Of a DNA stretch of 7,028 bases, positions 1-6,373 are shown one piece after another. The notes below the pieces were generated by a model, which was given only the letters and a program-made list of their open reading frames with translations, was not told where the DNA came from and ran no database searches. Each line of letters opens with the position of its first letter. Position 1 is the first letter of the stretch. This DNA is from Candidatus Omnitrophota bacterium (GTDB taxonomy: Bacteria > Omnitrophota > Gorgyraeia > Duberdicusellales > 4484-171): contig JAIPHU010000025.1 of the NCBI GenBank assembly GCA_021735045.1, positions 1-7,028 of the forward strand, read 5' to 3'. The translations under genes were made by a program, and so were the position numbers.

Positions 1-20
1 GAATTTATAAAAAAATAATT

Positions 21-980
21 ATGGAAAATATTTTAGAAGTTAAAAATCTTTCTACTTGTTTTGATTTAGAAGATTCAACGATAAAAGCTATTGAAGAGGT
101 TAGTTTTAATTTAAAAAAAGGAGAAGTTTTAGGGCTGGTCGGTGAGTCTGGTTGTGGGAAATCGGTAACAGCTTATTCGATAATTAACCTAGTGGATAAA
201 CCGGGACAAATAAAAGAGGGTGAAGTAATTTTTGCCGATAAAGATTTATTAAAAATTAGTCAAAAGCAACTGCGAAAAATTAGAGGCAAAGATATTGCTC
301 TAATTTTCCAAGAGCCTCATTCTGCCCTAAATCCAGTCTATACTGTAGGTTTTCAGATTGCTGAGACGATCAAAGCCCACAATAAAAACATAGATCAAAA
401 AGATCTAAAAAAGAAAGTTGAAGAGTTATTCTTAAAAGTTGGCTTAAGCCCTAATAAAAAAAATAGTTATCCTCACAATTTAAGTGGGGGCCAAGCGCAA
501 AGAGTGATGATTGCTCAAAGTATAAGCTGTAATCCAAAAATATTGATTGCCGATGAGCCAACAACTGCCCTGGATGTAACAGTGCAGGCAAAGATAATTC
601 AGCTTTTTAAAAAATTACAAAAAGAAGAAAATTTTAGTTTAATTTTTATTACTCATGATTTAGCATTATGTTCGCAAATTGCGGACAGAGTTGCAGTTAT
701 GTATGCAGGCCAACTGGTTGAATTGGCTAGTTTAGATAAAATTATAAAAGAACCGCTGCATCCTTATACGCAAGCTTTATTTGCATCACTGCCTCAAGAA
801 ACGAAAAGAAAAGAAAAACTGAAAGTGATAGCTGGTGATGTGCCGGATCCAGGTCAAAAACCAAAGGGGTGTTTTTTTCATCCGCGTTGTAGAATCAAAA
901 CAGAAGAGTGTCAAAGAATTATGCCCCAATTAGAGCAAGTAGAGTCTAATCATTGGGTCAGATGTATAAAAATAATGTAG
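21..980 (+). CDS. Oligopeptide/dipeptide-type ABC transporter ATP-binding protein (OppD/DppD-like)
   Basis: Complete ORF of 319 aa. Walker A GESGCGKS (141-164), Q-loop IFQEP, ABC signature LSGGQAQRV, Walker B ILIADEPTTALD, H-loop ITHDL. C-terminal Opp/Dpp-specific extension with HPYTQALFASLP and a CX5CX6CX17C cysteine set (870-965). The N-terminus MENILEVKNL aligns with the start of DppD/OppD-type proteins and with the paralogue downstream. No obvious SD upstream (aaaaaataattATG). Opp versus Dpp versus other peptide/nickel-family substrate cannot be decided from the ATPase alone. Confidence 0.9.
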   Translation: MENILEVKNLSTCFDLEDSTIKAIEEVSFNLKKGEVLGLVGESGCGKSVTAYSIINLVDKPGQIKEGEVIFADKDLLKISQKQLRKIRGKDIALIFQEPHSALNPVYTVGFQIAETIKAHNKNIDQKDLKKKVEELFLKVGLSPNKKNSYPHNLSGGQAQRVMIAQSISCNPKILIADEPTTALDVTVQAKIIQLFKKLQKEENFSLIFITHDLALCSQIADRVAVMYAGQLVELASLDKIIKEPLHPYTQALFASLPQETKRKEKLKVIAGDVPDPGQKPKGCFFHPRCRIKTEECQRIMPQLEQVESNHWVRCIKIM

Positions 981-1002
981 GGGCAGGCCTTTGTGCCTGC
1001 CC
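981..1002 (+). other. GC-rich inverted repeat / intercistronic RNA stem-loop (GGGCAGGC-cttTGT-GCCTGCCC)
   Basis: A perfect 8-bp stem (7 of 8 pairs G:C) with a 6-nt loop starts immediately after the TAG stop at 978-980. It is followed by an A-rich tract (1003-1031), not a T-tract. It stands out against the AT-rich background. Confidence 0.6.
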
Positions 1003-1031
1003 GAAAAACAAGAAAGATAAGAAAAAAAGAA

Positions 1032-1820
1032 ATGGAAAACATTTTAGAGATTAAAAATTTAAAAAAATACTATCCGCTTAAAAAGGGATTTTTTTCTAAA
1101 ACCCATAATTTTGTGAAAGCGGTGGATGGAATTAGTTTTTCGGTTCAATCAGGAAAGACTTTAGGTTTAGTCGGTGAATCTGGCTGTGGCAAAAGTACTT
1201 TGGCCCGGACAATCTTAAGGTTGATTGAGCCAGATACTGGCTCTATTTATTTTGCCGGTAGAAATATAACTGATTTATCTTATAAAGATATAAAAAATAT
1301 CAGAAAAGATTTGCAAATTATTTTTCAAGATCCATTTGGCTCGCTTGATCCGCGTTTTACTGTATTTGGTATTATCTCCGAAGGGTTGATAAACTTTTCA
1401 AAAAAAATCGAAAAAAAAGAACTCTATCAAAAAGTAACTAAGGTATTGTCTGATGTTGGCTTAGGAGAAGATGCCTTAGGCCGTTATCCGCATGAGTTTA
1501 GCGGCGGCCAACGGCAAAGAATAAGTATTGCCAGAGCCCTTGTACTTTCGCCAAAGCTCTTAGTCTTAGATGAACCGGTTTCGGCATTAGATGTATCAAT
1601 CCAGGCTCAAATCATTAATCTTTTAATTGATTTGCAACAAGAAAGGGGTCTTAGTTATTTATTTATTGCCCATGATCTTTCGGTGGTAAGGCATATTTGC
1701 GACCGAGTTTGTGTAATGAGGAAGGGTAAGATTGTTGAATCTGGTCAAACTGAGCAAATTTTTGAAAACCCTTCTGATCTTTACACCCAAAATCTTCTTA
1801 AATCTATTCCTAAACTATAA
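1032..1820 (+). CDS. Oligopeptide/dipeptide-type ABC transporter ATP-binding protein (OppF/DppF-like), short form lacking the Cys-rich tail
   Basis: The ORF track opens at GTG 993, but I call ATG 1032 as the start (262 aa). It gives MENILEIKNL, mirroring the MENILEVKNL start of the upstream paralogue. GTG 993 lies inside a GC-rich hairpin (981-1002). Walker A GESGCGKS (1173-1196), Q-loop IFQDP, signature FSGGQRQRISIARAL, Walker B LLVLDEPVSALD, H-loop IAHDL. The protein ends just after the family motif DLYTQNLLKSIP. Confidence 0.88.
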   Translation: MENILEIKNLKKYYPLKKGFFSKTHNFVKAVDGISFSVQSGKTLGLVGESGCGKSTLARTILRLIEPDTGSIYFAGRNITDLSYKDIKNIRKDLQIIFQDPFGSLDPRFTVFGIISEGLINFSKKIEKKELYQKVTKVLSDVGLGEDALGRYPHEFSGGQRQRISIARALVLSPKLLVLDEPVSALDVSIQAQIINLLIDLQQERGLSYLFIAHDLSVVRHICDRVCVMRKGKIVESGQTEQIFENPSDLYTQNLLKSIPKL

Positions 1821-1850
1821 ATTTATCCTACTGCAAAAATGGAATAATTA

Positions 1851-1878
1851 TTGGTTTTCTATTAGTTTCTGCTATAAT
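1851..1878 (+). promoter_or_regulatory. Putative extended -10 promoter for the UDPGP-like gene: TTGGTT - 16 nt - TGcTATAAT
   Basis: TATAAT at 1873-1878 is preceded by TG at 1870-1871 (an extended -10). A weak -35 TTGGTT lies at 1851-1856. It sits in the 99-nt gap after the OppF-like stop. AT-rich DNA produces many chance -10-like hexamers, so this call is tentative. Confidence 0.4.
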
Positions 1879-1907
1879 TATTTCAATATTCTGTTGTAAA
1901 ATGAAGT

Positions 1908-1914
1908 GGGGGAG
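1908..1914 (+). promoter_or_regulatory. Shine-Dalgarno sequence (GGGGGAG) for the UDPGP-like gene
   Basis: GGGGGAG lies 5 nt upstream of ATG 1920. It is the only strong purine-rich SD in front of any gene in this window. Confidence 0.7.
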
Positions 1915-1919
1915 TGAAT

Positions 1920-3731
1920 ATGGTTGAGGCGTCGAGAAAGGGATTAATTAAGTTTATTGAGGAAAAGCAAGGTGGGGTTTCTGAAGAACTAGCTAAGTAT
2001 ATCAAGCAGTTAGCTTTTTATGATGTATTATACCTTTATGCTTTATATCAAAAATTTTGGCAAGACGATAAAGAATTAAAAATTGGCCATAATTTTGTTC
2101 CTTCGGCATTTCTTAATGGAAGTCAAAGAGCCAAAGAGTTAAATGTAGTCGGTTATGATCAAATTAGAAAGGATTCTAGTTTAGACAAATTTGCTAAAGA
2201 AGTTACTCTTGTTTGTAATCCTATGGATGGTGGCTTGGGCTCATCTTTACAAAGACTTAGTTATTTAAAAAAAATTTGGAAAAAAATAGAAAGAAAAGGG
2301 AAACCTCATCTTGGGGCCAAAGGAGAAGATTTATATTTTGATATTAAAATCAATGATTCTAACCAAAAAATAAGTGTTACAGAAATTAAATATTTACAAG
2401 CTATTCAAGCAGCATCTTTTTATAATAAAATTATTATCCAAGAATTAGTTAATAAAGAAACTATTGATTCAATTAATGAATTTTTAGATGATACGATTAA
2501 TTTTTGGGATAGAGTAGATAATAGCAAGCAAAACAAAAAAGTAACCTATCGAAAATTAATTGCAAAAAATAAAAAAATAGATCTAGCTGATGAAATGATT
2601 GTTCAGGCGGCATTGCCTACTATAGACAAAGAAACTAATCGGCTAAACATTAAAAGAGTTGCACCCGGCGGGCATGGGCAACTTGGCTCTATGGCTTTAG
2701 GCAAGGCTGCAAAAACTGAGTTATCTGCTTCGAAAAATTTAATTCGAGCCATCTATAATGGAGATGGACCAAACAATTTTCCTGATCAAAGAATAGTTGG
2801 ATTTATGGCAAAAAATAAAATACCAATAGCTATGGTTACTTCTACTAAAACACCTATTGACCAAAAAGGTGGACAAATCGGATTAGAGTTAACCAAAGAT
2901 GAGAAAAAAAGGCCCCAAATTTTAGAATTAGCTCAAGCCGAAGAACAAGGGCAAAGAGATATATTTAGAAAAATTGGGATAAAAGGATTTAATGAAGCTG
3001 TTTATGGTAAAGCAGATAAGCAGTATTTTAATACCAATATCGCCTTAATTAACTACTCGGTAGTTTCGCCTTTTTTAAAAGATCTATATGCTTTAGTTGG
3101 CCCAAAAGATTTTTCTAAAATTATTAGTCCAGATTTAATAAAAAATGAAAAAAACCAAAACAATAAAGCTTATATTCAGTTGGAAGGAGCTTTAGCTTCA
3201 GCTCTTTTGAATTTAGCAGCTTTTATTAAAACAACCGAGGATAAAAAAATAGTGCATCTAAAAAAACAGCATAAGATTGATGATTTTTTAGTTATTATAA
3301 ATATCGATAAAAATAGACGAACCAAGTTTTTTACTCCGATTAAATATGCTTGGGATTTCTGGTTTTATGCTTATTCGGATCATTTTAAGTTTAATCCGGA
3401 TAATTTTAAATTAGAAAATCTAAGGCCAGGCAGCTTACCTAGCTTTGACCTAGATCCTTTTTACCAAGATTTAGAAAATTGCATTAATGCCTTTGGCAGG
3501 ACTTCTACCGTAGAGCTAGATTTTTTAACGATTGAGGGTAAGGTGTTTATAAAAGATATAAAATTATCAGGAGTAGTTGTGATTGAGAATCAATTAAATA
3601 AAGTTATAGATTTAAATAAAGAGATATTTAAAGATGAACTGGAACAGGAAAATAATCGTTTATTTTTAAAAGATATAAAGATAACAATTAAATCCGAGGA
3701 GAAAATAGAAATAGAAAAGTTAACTACTTAA
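1920..3731 (+). CDS. Divergent UDPGP-family (eukaryote-type UTP--glucose-1-phosphate uridylyltransferase-like) sugar-1-phosphate nucleotidyltransferase
   Basis: 603 aa from ATG 1920; the ORF track starts at GTG 1914, which overlaps the SD. The SD GGGGGAG (1908-1914) sits 5 nt upstream of ATG 1920. A colinear series of motifs matches eukaryotic UGPase as I remember it, for example human UGP2. These are LVCNPMDGGLGSS vs VVKLNGGLGTSMG; VAPGGHGQLG vs YPPGHGDIY; IYNGDGPNN vs VSNIDNLGA; STKTPIDQKGGQIG vs TNKTRADVKGGTL; QILELAQ vs RLVEIAQ; YFNTNIALINY vs IFNTNNLWISL; IQLEGALASAL vs IQLETAVGAAI; RRTKFFTPIK vs RSRFLPVK. The C-terminus also matches: ELDFLTIEGKVFIKDIKLSGVVVIEN vs [28 protein letters not shown]. 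Sugar and nucleotide specificity are not assignable. Confidence 0.75.
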   Translation: MVEASRKGLIKFIEEKQGGVSEELAKYIKQLAFYDVLYLYALYQKFWQDDKELKIGHNFVPSAFLNGSQRAKELNVVGYDQIRKDSSLDKFAKEVTLVCNPMDGGLGSSLQRLSYLKKIWKKIERKGKPHLGAKGEDLYFDIKINDSNQKISVTEIKYLQAIQAASFYNKIIIQELVNKETIDSINEFLDDTINFWDRVDNSKQNKKVTYRKLIAKNKKIDLADEMIVQAALPTIDKETNRLNIKRVAPGGHGQLGSMALGKAAKTELSASKNLIRAIYNGDGPNNFPDQRIVGFMAKNKIPIAMVTSTKTPIDQKGGQIGLELTKDEKKRPQILELAQAEEQGQRDIFRKIGIKGFNEAVYGKADKQYFNTNIALINYSVVSPFLKDLYALVGPKDFSKIISPDLIKNEKNQNNKAYIQLEGALASALLNLAAFIKTTEDKKIVHLKKQHKIDDFLVIINIDKNRRTKFFTPIKYAWDFWFYAYSDHFKFNPDNFKLENLRPGSLPSFDLDPFYQDLENCINAFGRTSTVELDFLTIEGKVFIKDIKLSGVVVIENQLNKVIDLNKEIFKDELEQENNRLFLKDIKITIKSEEKIEIEKLTT

Positions 3732-3747
3732 TAAAAACCAGTTTTCG

Positions 3748-3776
3748 TTGACATTTACCTATATATTTTATATAAT
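3748..3776 (+). promoter_or_regulatory. Consensus sigma-70-type promoter for lysS: TTGACA - 17 nt - TATAAT
   Basis: TTGACA at 3748-3753, a spacer of exactly 17 nt, then TATAAT at 3771-3776. This sits in the 54-nt intergenic region, and the -10 ends 9 nt before the lysS ATG (3786). Identified from the sequence only; no experimental TSS. Confidence 0.65.
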
Positions 3777-3785
3777 CAGCAAGTC

Positions 3786-5204
3786 ATGAAAAAAGAAGAG
3801 TTTAATAAAAATAAAGAAAAATTTGGCAATCCTTTTCGAGAGACAAGTTTTCCTAAACCTCTATCTATCAAAGAGATAGTTGATCAATATAAGGAAGAAA
3901 AAGAGGTTTCTTTGGCAGGAAGAGTTATCTCAAAGAGAGAGCATGGGAAATCTGGTTTTGCTCATCTGGCTGATTCCAGTGGAAAAATACAAATTTATGC
4001 TCGTTTAAACAGTCTCGGCGAAGGATTTGATTTGTTTAAAAGTTTAGATATAGGTGATATTGTCGGGATAGAGGGCAAGCTTTTTACTACACGGACAAAA
4101 GAGATTACTGTGGTGGTAGATAAGATTAAGCTGCTTTCTAAAGCTTATCGTTCTTTGCCAGAGAAATGGCATGGTTTAAAAGATGTTGAGACACGGTATC
4201 GACAACGTTATCTTGATTTGATCTCAAACAATGAGGTTCGGGATGTTTTTACCAAAAGAGCAGAAATAATTTCTTTGATAAGAAAGTTTTTCCAAAACCT
4301 TTCCTTTATTGAAGTAGAGACTCCAATGCTTCATCATATTCCCGGTGGTGCTGCCGGACGCCCTTTTGAGACTTTTCATAATGCTACAGCAAATAAGGTA
4401 TATCTTAGGATTGCTCCTGAACTGTACCTAAAAAGAATTTTGGTAGGAGGGTTTGATAAAGTTTTTGAAATAAATAGAAGTTTTCGCAATGAAGGGTTGT
4501 CGCGACGGCATAATCCCGAATTTACAATGTTGGAAGCTTATGCTGCATATTTCGATTATCAATTTATGATGAAAGTTTGTGAAGATTTATTTACAAAGTT
4601 GGCAGAAAAGTTTCAAGGTGGTTTGGTTTTTGAATATCAAGGCAAAAAAATAGATTTTACAGCTCCTTGGCAGAGGATTTCTTTAGCAAGTCTTTTTAAA
4701 AAAGAGTTTGGAATTATTCCCGAAGATAATAAAAAAGAAGTTGTAAAAAAGATTAGTAAAAAAATTAAATTAAAAGAGGGATTATCCCGGACCCAGATAC
4801 TTAAACTTTGTGAGGAGTTAATTGAGAGGAACTATCCGCAAAATAAACCAGCTTTCATTACTGATTTTTTTACTTGGACCTCACCATTGGCAAAACAAAG
4901 CCAAGATAACCCGAATCTTGTGGAAAGGTTTGAGTTATTTATTGGTGGCATTGAGGTTGCTAATGCTTATTCAGAGCTAAATGACCCAGTTGAACAGAAA
5001 AAGAGATTTCTTCAACAACAAGAAGATAAAGATCTAACTGGAAAATTAGATCAAGATTTTGTAAAAAGTCTTGAGTATGGTATGCCGCCGGCAACTGGTT
5101 TAGGTATCGGGATAGACAGATTAGTAATGATTCTTCTCAATCAGCCTTCTATTCGGGATGTAATCCTATTTCCTCTTTTAAAATCAAAAGAAGAAACAGA
5201 GTAA
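3786..5204 (+). CDS. lysS: Lysine--tRNA ligase, class II (lysyl-tRNA synthetase)
   Basis: 472 aa. N-terminal OB-fold anticodon-binding domain (VSLAGRVISKREHGKSGFAHLADSSGKIQIY). Class II motif 1 FIEVETPML, motif 2 FRNEGLSRRHNPEFTMLEAY, and ERFELFIGGIEVANAYSELNDP. Motif 3 is GLGIGIDRLVMIL. There is no alternative in-frame start nearby. Confidence 0.96.
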   Translation: MKKEEFNKNKEKFGNPFRETSFPKPLSIKEIVDQYKEEKEVSLAGRVISKREHGKSGFAHLADSSGKIQIYARLNSLGEGFDLFKSLDIGDIVGIEGKLFTTRTKEITVVVDKIKLLSKAYRSLPEKWHGLKDVETRYRQRYLDLISNNEVRDVFTKRAEIISLIRKFFQNLSFIEVETPMLHHIPGGAAGRPFETFHNATANKVYLRIAPELYLKRILVGGFDKVFEINRSFRNEGLSRRHNPEFTMLEAYAAYFDYQFMMKVCEDLFTKLAEKFQGGLVFEYQGKKIDFTAPWQRISLASLFKKEFGIIPEDNKKEVVKKISKKIKLKEGLSRTQILKLCEELIERNYPQNKPAFITDFFTWTSPLAKQSQDNPNLVERFELFIGGIEVANAYSELNDPVEQKKRFLQQQEDKDLTGKLDQDFVKSLEYGMPPATGLGIGIDRLVMILLNQPSIRDVILFPLLKSKEETE

Positions 5205-5218
5205 ATTAAATAGAAAAT

Positions 5219-6373
5219 ATGTTAACAGAAATCTTTCTTGCCTTTCGTTATCTTTTTCGGGGCCAGGCTCGACATTTATCTTTTATCGGTATAATGTCGG
5301 TTGCCGGTATTGTTTTAGGTGTGGCTACGGTAATTGTAGCAGTTTCGATTGTAAACGGCATAGATGGCTCATTAATTCAAAGGATAATGAAGTTTAAATA
5401 CCATCTTGTTCTAGATTCAGCAGATAAAGACAAACTTTTTAATTTGCAAGAAGTAATGGGGAAAAAGGAAGAAGTTAAGGAAGCGTCTCTATCAGCAAGA
5501 ACCCAAGTTTTTGCAAGAGTTGATGATACAATTATTCCTTTGGTGGTAAGGGGTTTTGATTTAGGTAAATTAACCAAGGAGCATTTTTTCTCAAAATATA
5601 TAAAAGAAGAGTTTAGAGATTCAGGGTTTTTTGTGGGTAGAGGCCTCCAACGCAGGTTTTATCTGGATGATTTAATTGAGTTTTATCCTCTAAAGAAGAA
5701 ACTATCTTTAGAAAAAGAAAAGATTAGAGGCTATTTTGAAACAGGTTTATATGATCTAGATAACTATTATCTAATAGCTGATTTAGAAAGAGTAAAAAAT
5801 CTTTCACCTAACTACCATCTTTTTCTAGGCCTGCGTCTTAATAAGCCTTATGCTGCTGATGAGTTAGCTAAGGAAATATCAGAAAATAATCCTCAGATAA
5901 TAGCTTCAACCTGGACTAGCAGTAATCAAGAGTTGTTTGCTACCCTTAGATTAGAAAAAATTGCGTTATTTATAATCTTAACTTTAATTATTATAATTGC
6001 TTCTTTTAATATCTTTGCTACTTTAACTGTTAAAGTAGTTGAAAAAACAAAAGATATAGGTGTTTTAAAATCAATTGGGTTTACTAGCCGCAAGATATTG
6101 TCTGTGTTTACCTTACAAGGCCTGATCTTAGGAATAATTGGTGCATTAGCAGGAGTAGGGTTAGGTTTGGGGGTGTGTCATCTTTTAGAAAAATATCCTG
6201 TAATTAAGTTACCCCAAGAAGTATTTTTTACTGAGTATCTGCCGGTAACGGTAAATTTAGCTGAAGTGGCTGTTATTGGTTTGGTGGCGGTATTTATTTC
6301 TTTTTTATCAAGTATTTGGCCTGCATTGAGGGCTTGCCACCTTTGTCCAACCGAGGCATTGCGTTATGAATAG
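5219..6373 (+). CDS. Lipoprotein-releasing system transmembrane permease, LolC/LolE (LolF-like) family; FtsX/MacB-type
   Basis: 384 aa. N-terminal FLAFRYLFRGQ followed by TM1 (IGIMSVAGIVLGVATVIVAVSIVNG), then a soluble (periplasmic) domain of about 200 aa. The C-terminal FtsX module has three hydrophobic helices and the loop KDIGVLKSIGFT. The characteristic C-terminus is PALRA..L.PTEALRYE. The start lies 14 nt after the lysS stop, with no SD. Confidence 0.85.
   Translation: MLTEIFLAFRYLFRGQARHLSFIGIMSVAGIVLGVATVIVAVSIVNGIDGSLIQRIMKFKYHLVLDSADKDKLFNLQEVMGKKEEVKEASLSARTQVFARVDDTIIPLVVRGFDLGKLTKEHFFSKYIKEEFRDSGFFVGRGLQRRFYLDDLIEFYPLKKKLSLEKEKIRGYFETGLYDLDNYYLIADLERVKNLSPNYHLFLGLRLNKPYAADELAKEISENNPQIIASTWTSSNQELFATLRLEKIALFIILTLIIIIASFNIFATLTVKVVEKTKDIGVLKSIGFTSRKILSVFTLQGLILGIIGALAGVGLGLGVCHLLEKYPVIKLPQEVFFTEYLPVTVNLAEVAVIGLVAVFISFLSSIWPALRACHLCPTEALRYE

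Noticed and set aside
1-18. Possible 3' tail of an upstream gene (frame 1, ...EFIKK, TAA 16-18), plausibly the Opp/Dpp permease
   Set aside because: Only five codons are visible, which is too short to support as a feature. The oppD frame is also open to the window edge, but the MENILEVKNL start at 21 fits the family N-terminus.
981-1002. Interpreting the GC-rich hairpin as a rho-independent terminator
   Set aside because: There is no T-run immediately 3' of the stem on the + strand, where A-rich sequence follows. On the - strand the T-run is offset and there is no gene to terminate. I kept it only as an intercistronic stem-loop.
993-1031. GTG 993 as the start of the second ABC ATPase (N-terminal MPARKTRKIRKKE extension)
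   Set aside because: GTG 993 sits within the GC-rich hairpin at 981-1002. The extension is just a translated A-rich spacer. ATG 1032 gives an N-terminus (MENILEIKNL) almost identical to that of the upstream paralogue.
21-1061. Near-identical 5' ends of the two ATPase genes (MENILEVKNL / MENILEIKNL) as evidence of a recent duplication or repeat element
   Set aside because: Similarity falls to ordinary paralogue level right after the first ten codons. D/F subunit pairs are ancient paralogues, and there are no flanking repeat boundaries.
1400-1418. Homopolymeric A7-A8 runs inside coding regions (also A8 at 456-463, T7 at 873-879) as possible programmed frameshift or phase-variation sites
   Set aside because: All reading frames stay intact through them. 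They encode Lys-rich stretches as expected in a very AT-rich genome, and no alternative-frame ORF continues downstream.
1901-1927. 8-codon upstream ORF (ATG 1901, MKWGSEYG, TGA 1925-1927) overlapping the SD and start of the UDPGP-like gene; also GTG 1914 as the main start
   Set aside because: The mini-ORF has no SD of its own and nothing supports its translation, so it is most likely a chance ORF. GTG 1914 is the last base of the SD itself, so ATG 1920 with 5-nt spacing is the better start. A regulatory uORF cannot be excluded without ribosome profiling.
3546-3683. Internal near-repeat in the UDPGP-like gene: FIKDIKL (3546-3566) and FLKDIKI (3663-3683)
   Set aside because: It is short (7 aa, about 21 nt). 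It is consistent with the repetitive turns of the C-terminal beta-helix-like domain of UGPases, not with a mobile or structured DNA repeat.
5269-5296. Promoter-like TCGACA-15 nt-TATAAT, plus a CGACAT/ATGTCG inverted repeat and an in-frame ATG (5294), inside the 5' end of the permease gene
   Set aside because: The spacer length is suboptimal. The conserved LolC/E N-terminal motif (FLAFRYLFRGQ) and TM1 lie upstream of or across it, so an internal start would delete essential sequence. It is most likely a chance match in AT-rich DNA.
5377-5577. 66-aa minus-strand ORF from the ORF track
   Set aside because: It lies wholly antisense inside the well-supported LolC/E-type permease gene. It has no recognisable motifs and no promoter or SD context. 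Its length is typical of chance antisense ORFs.
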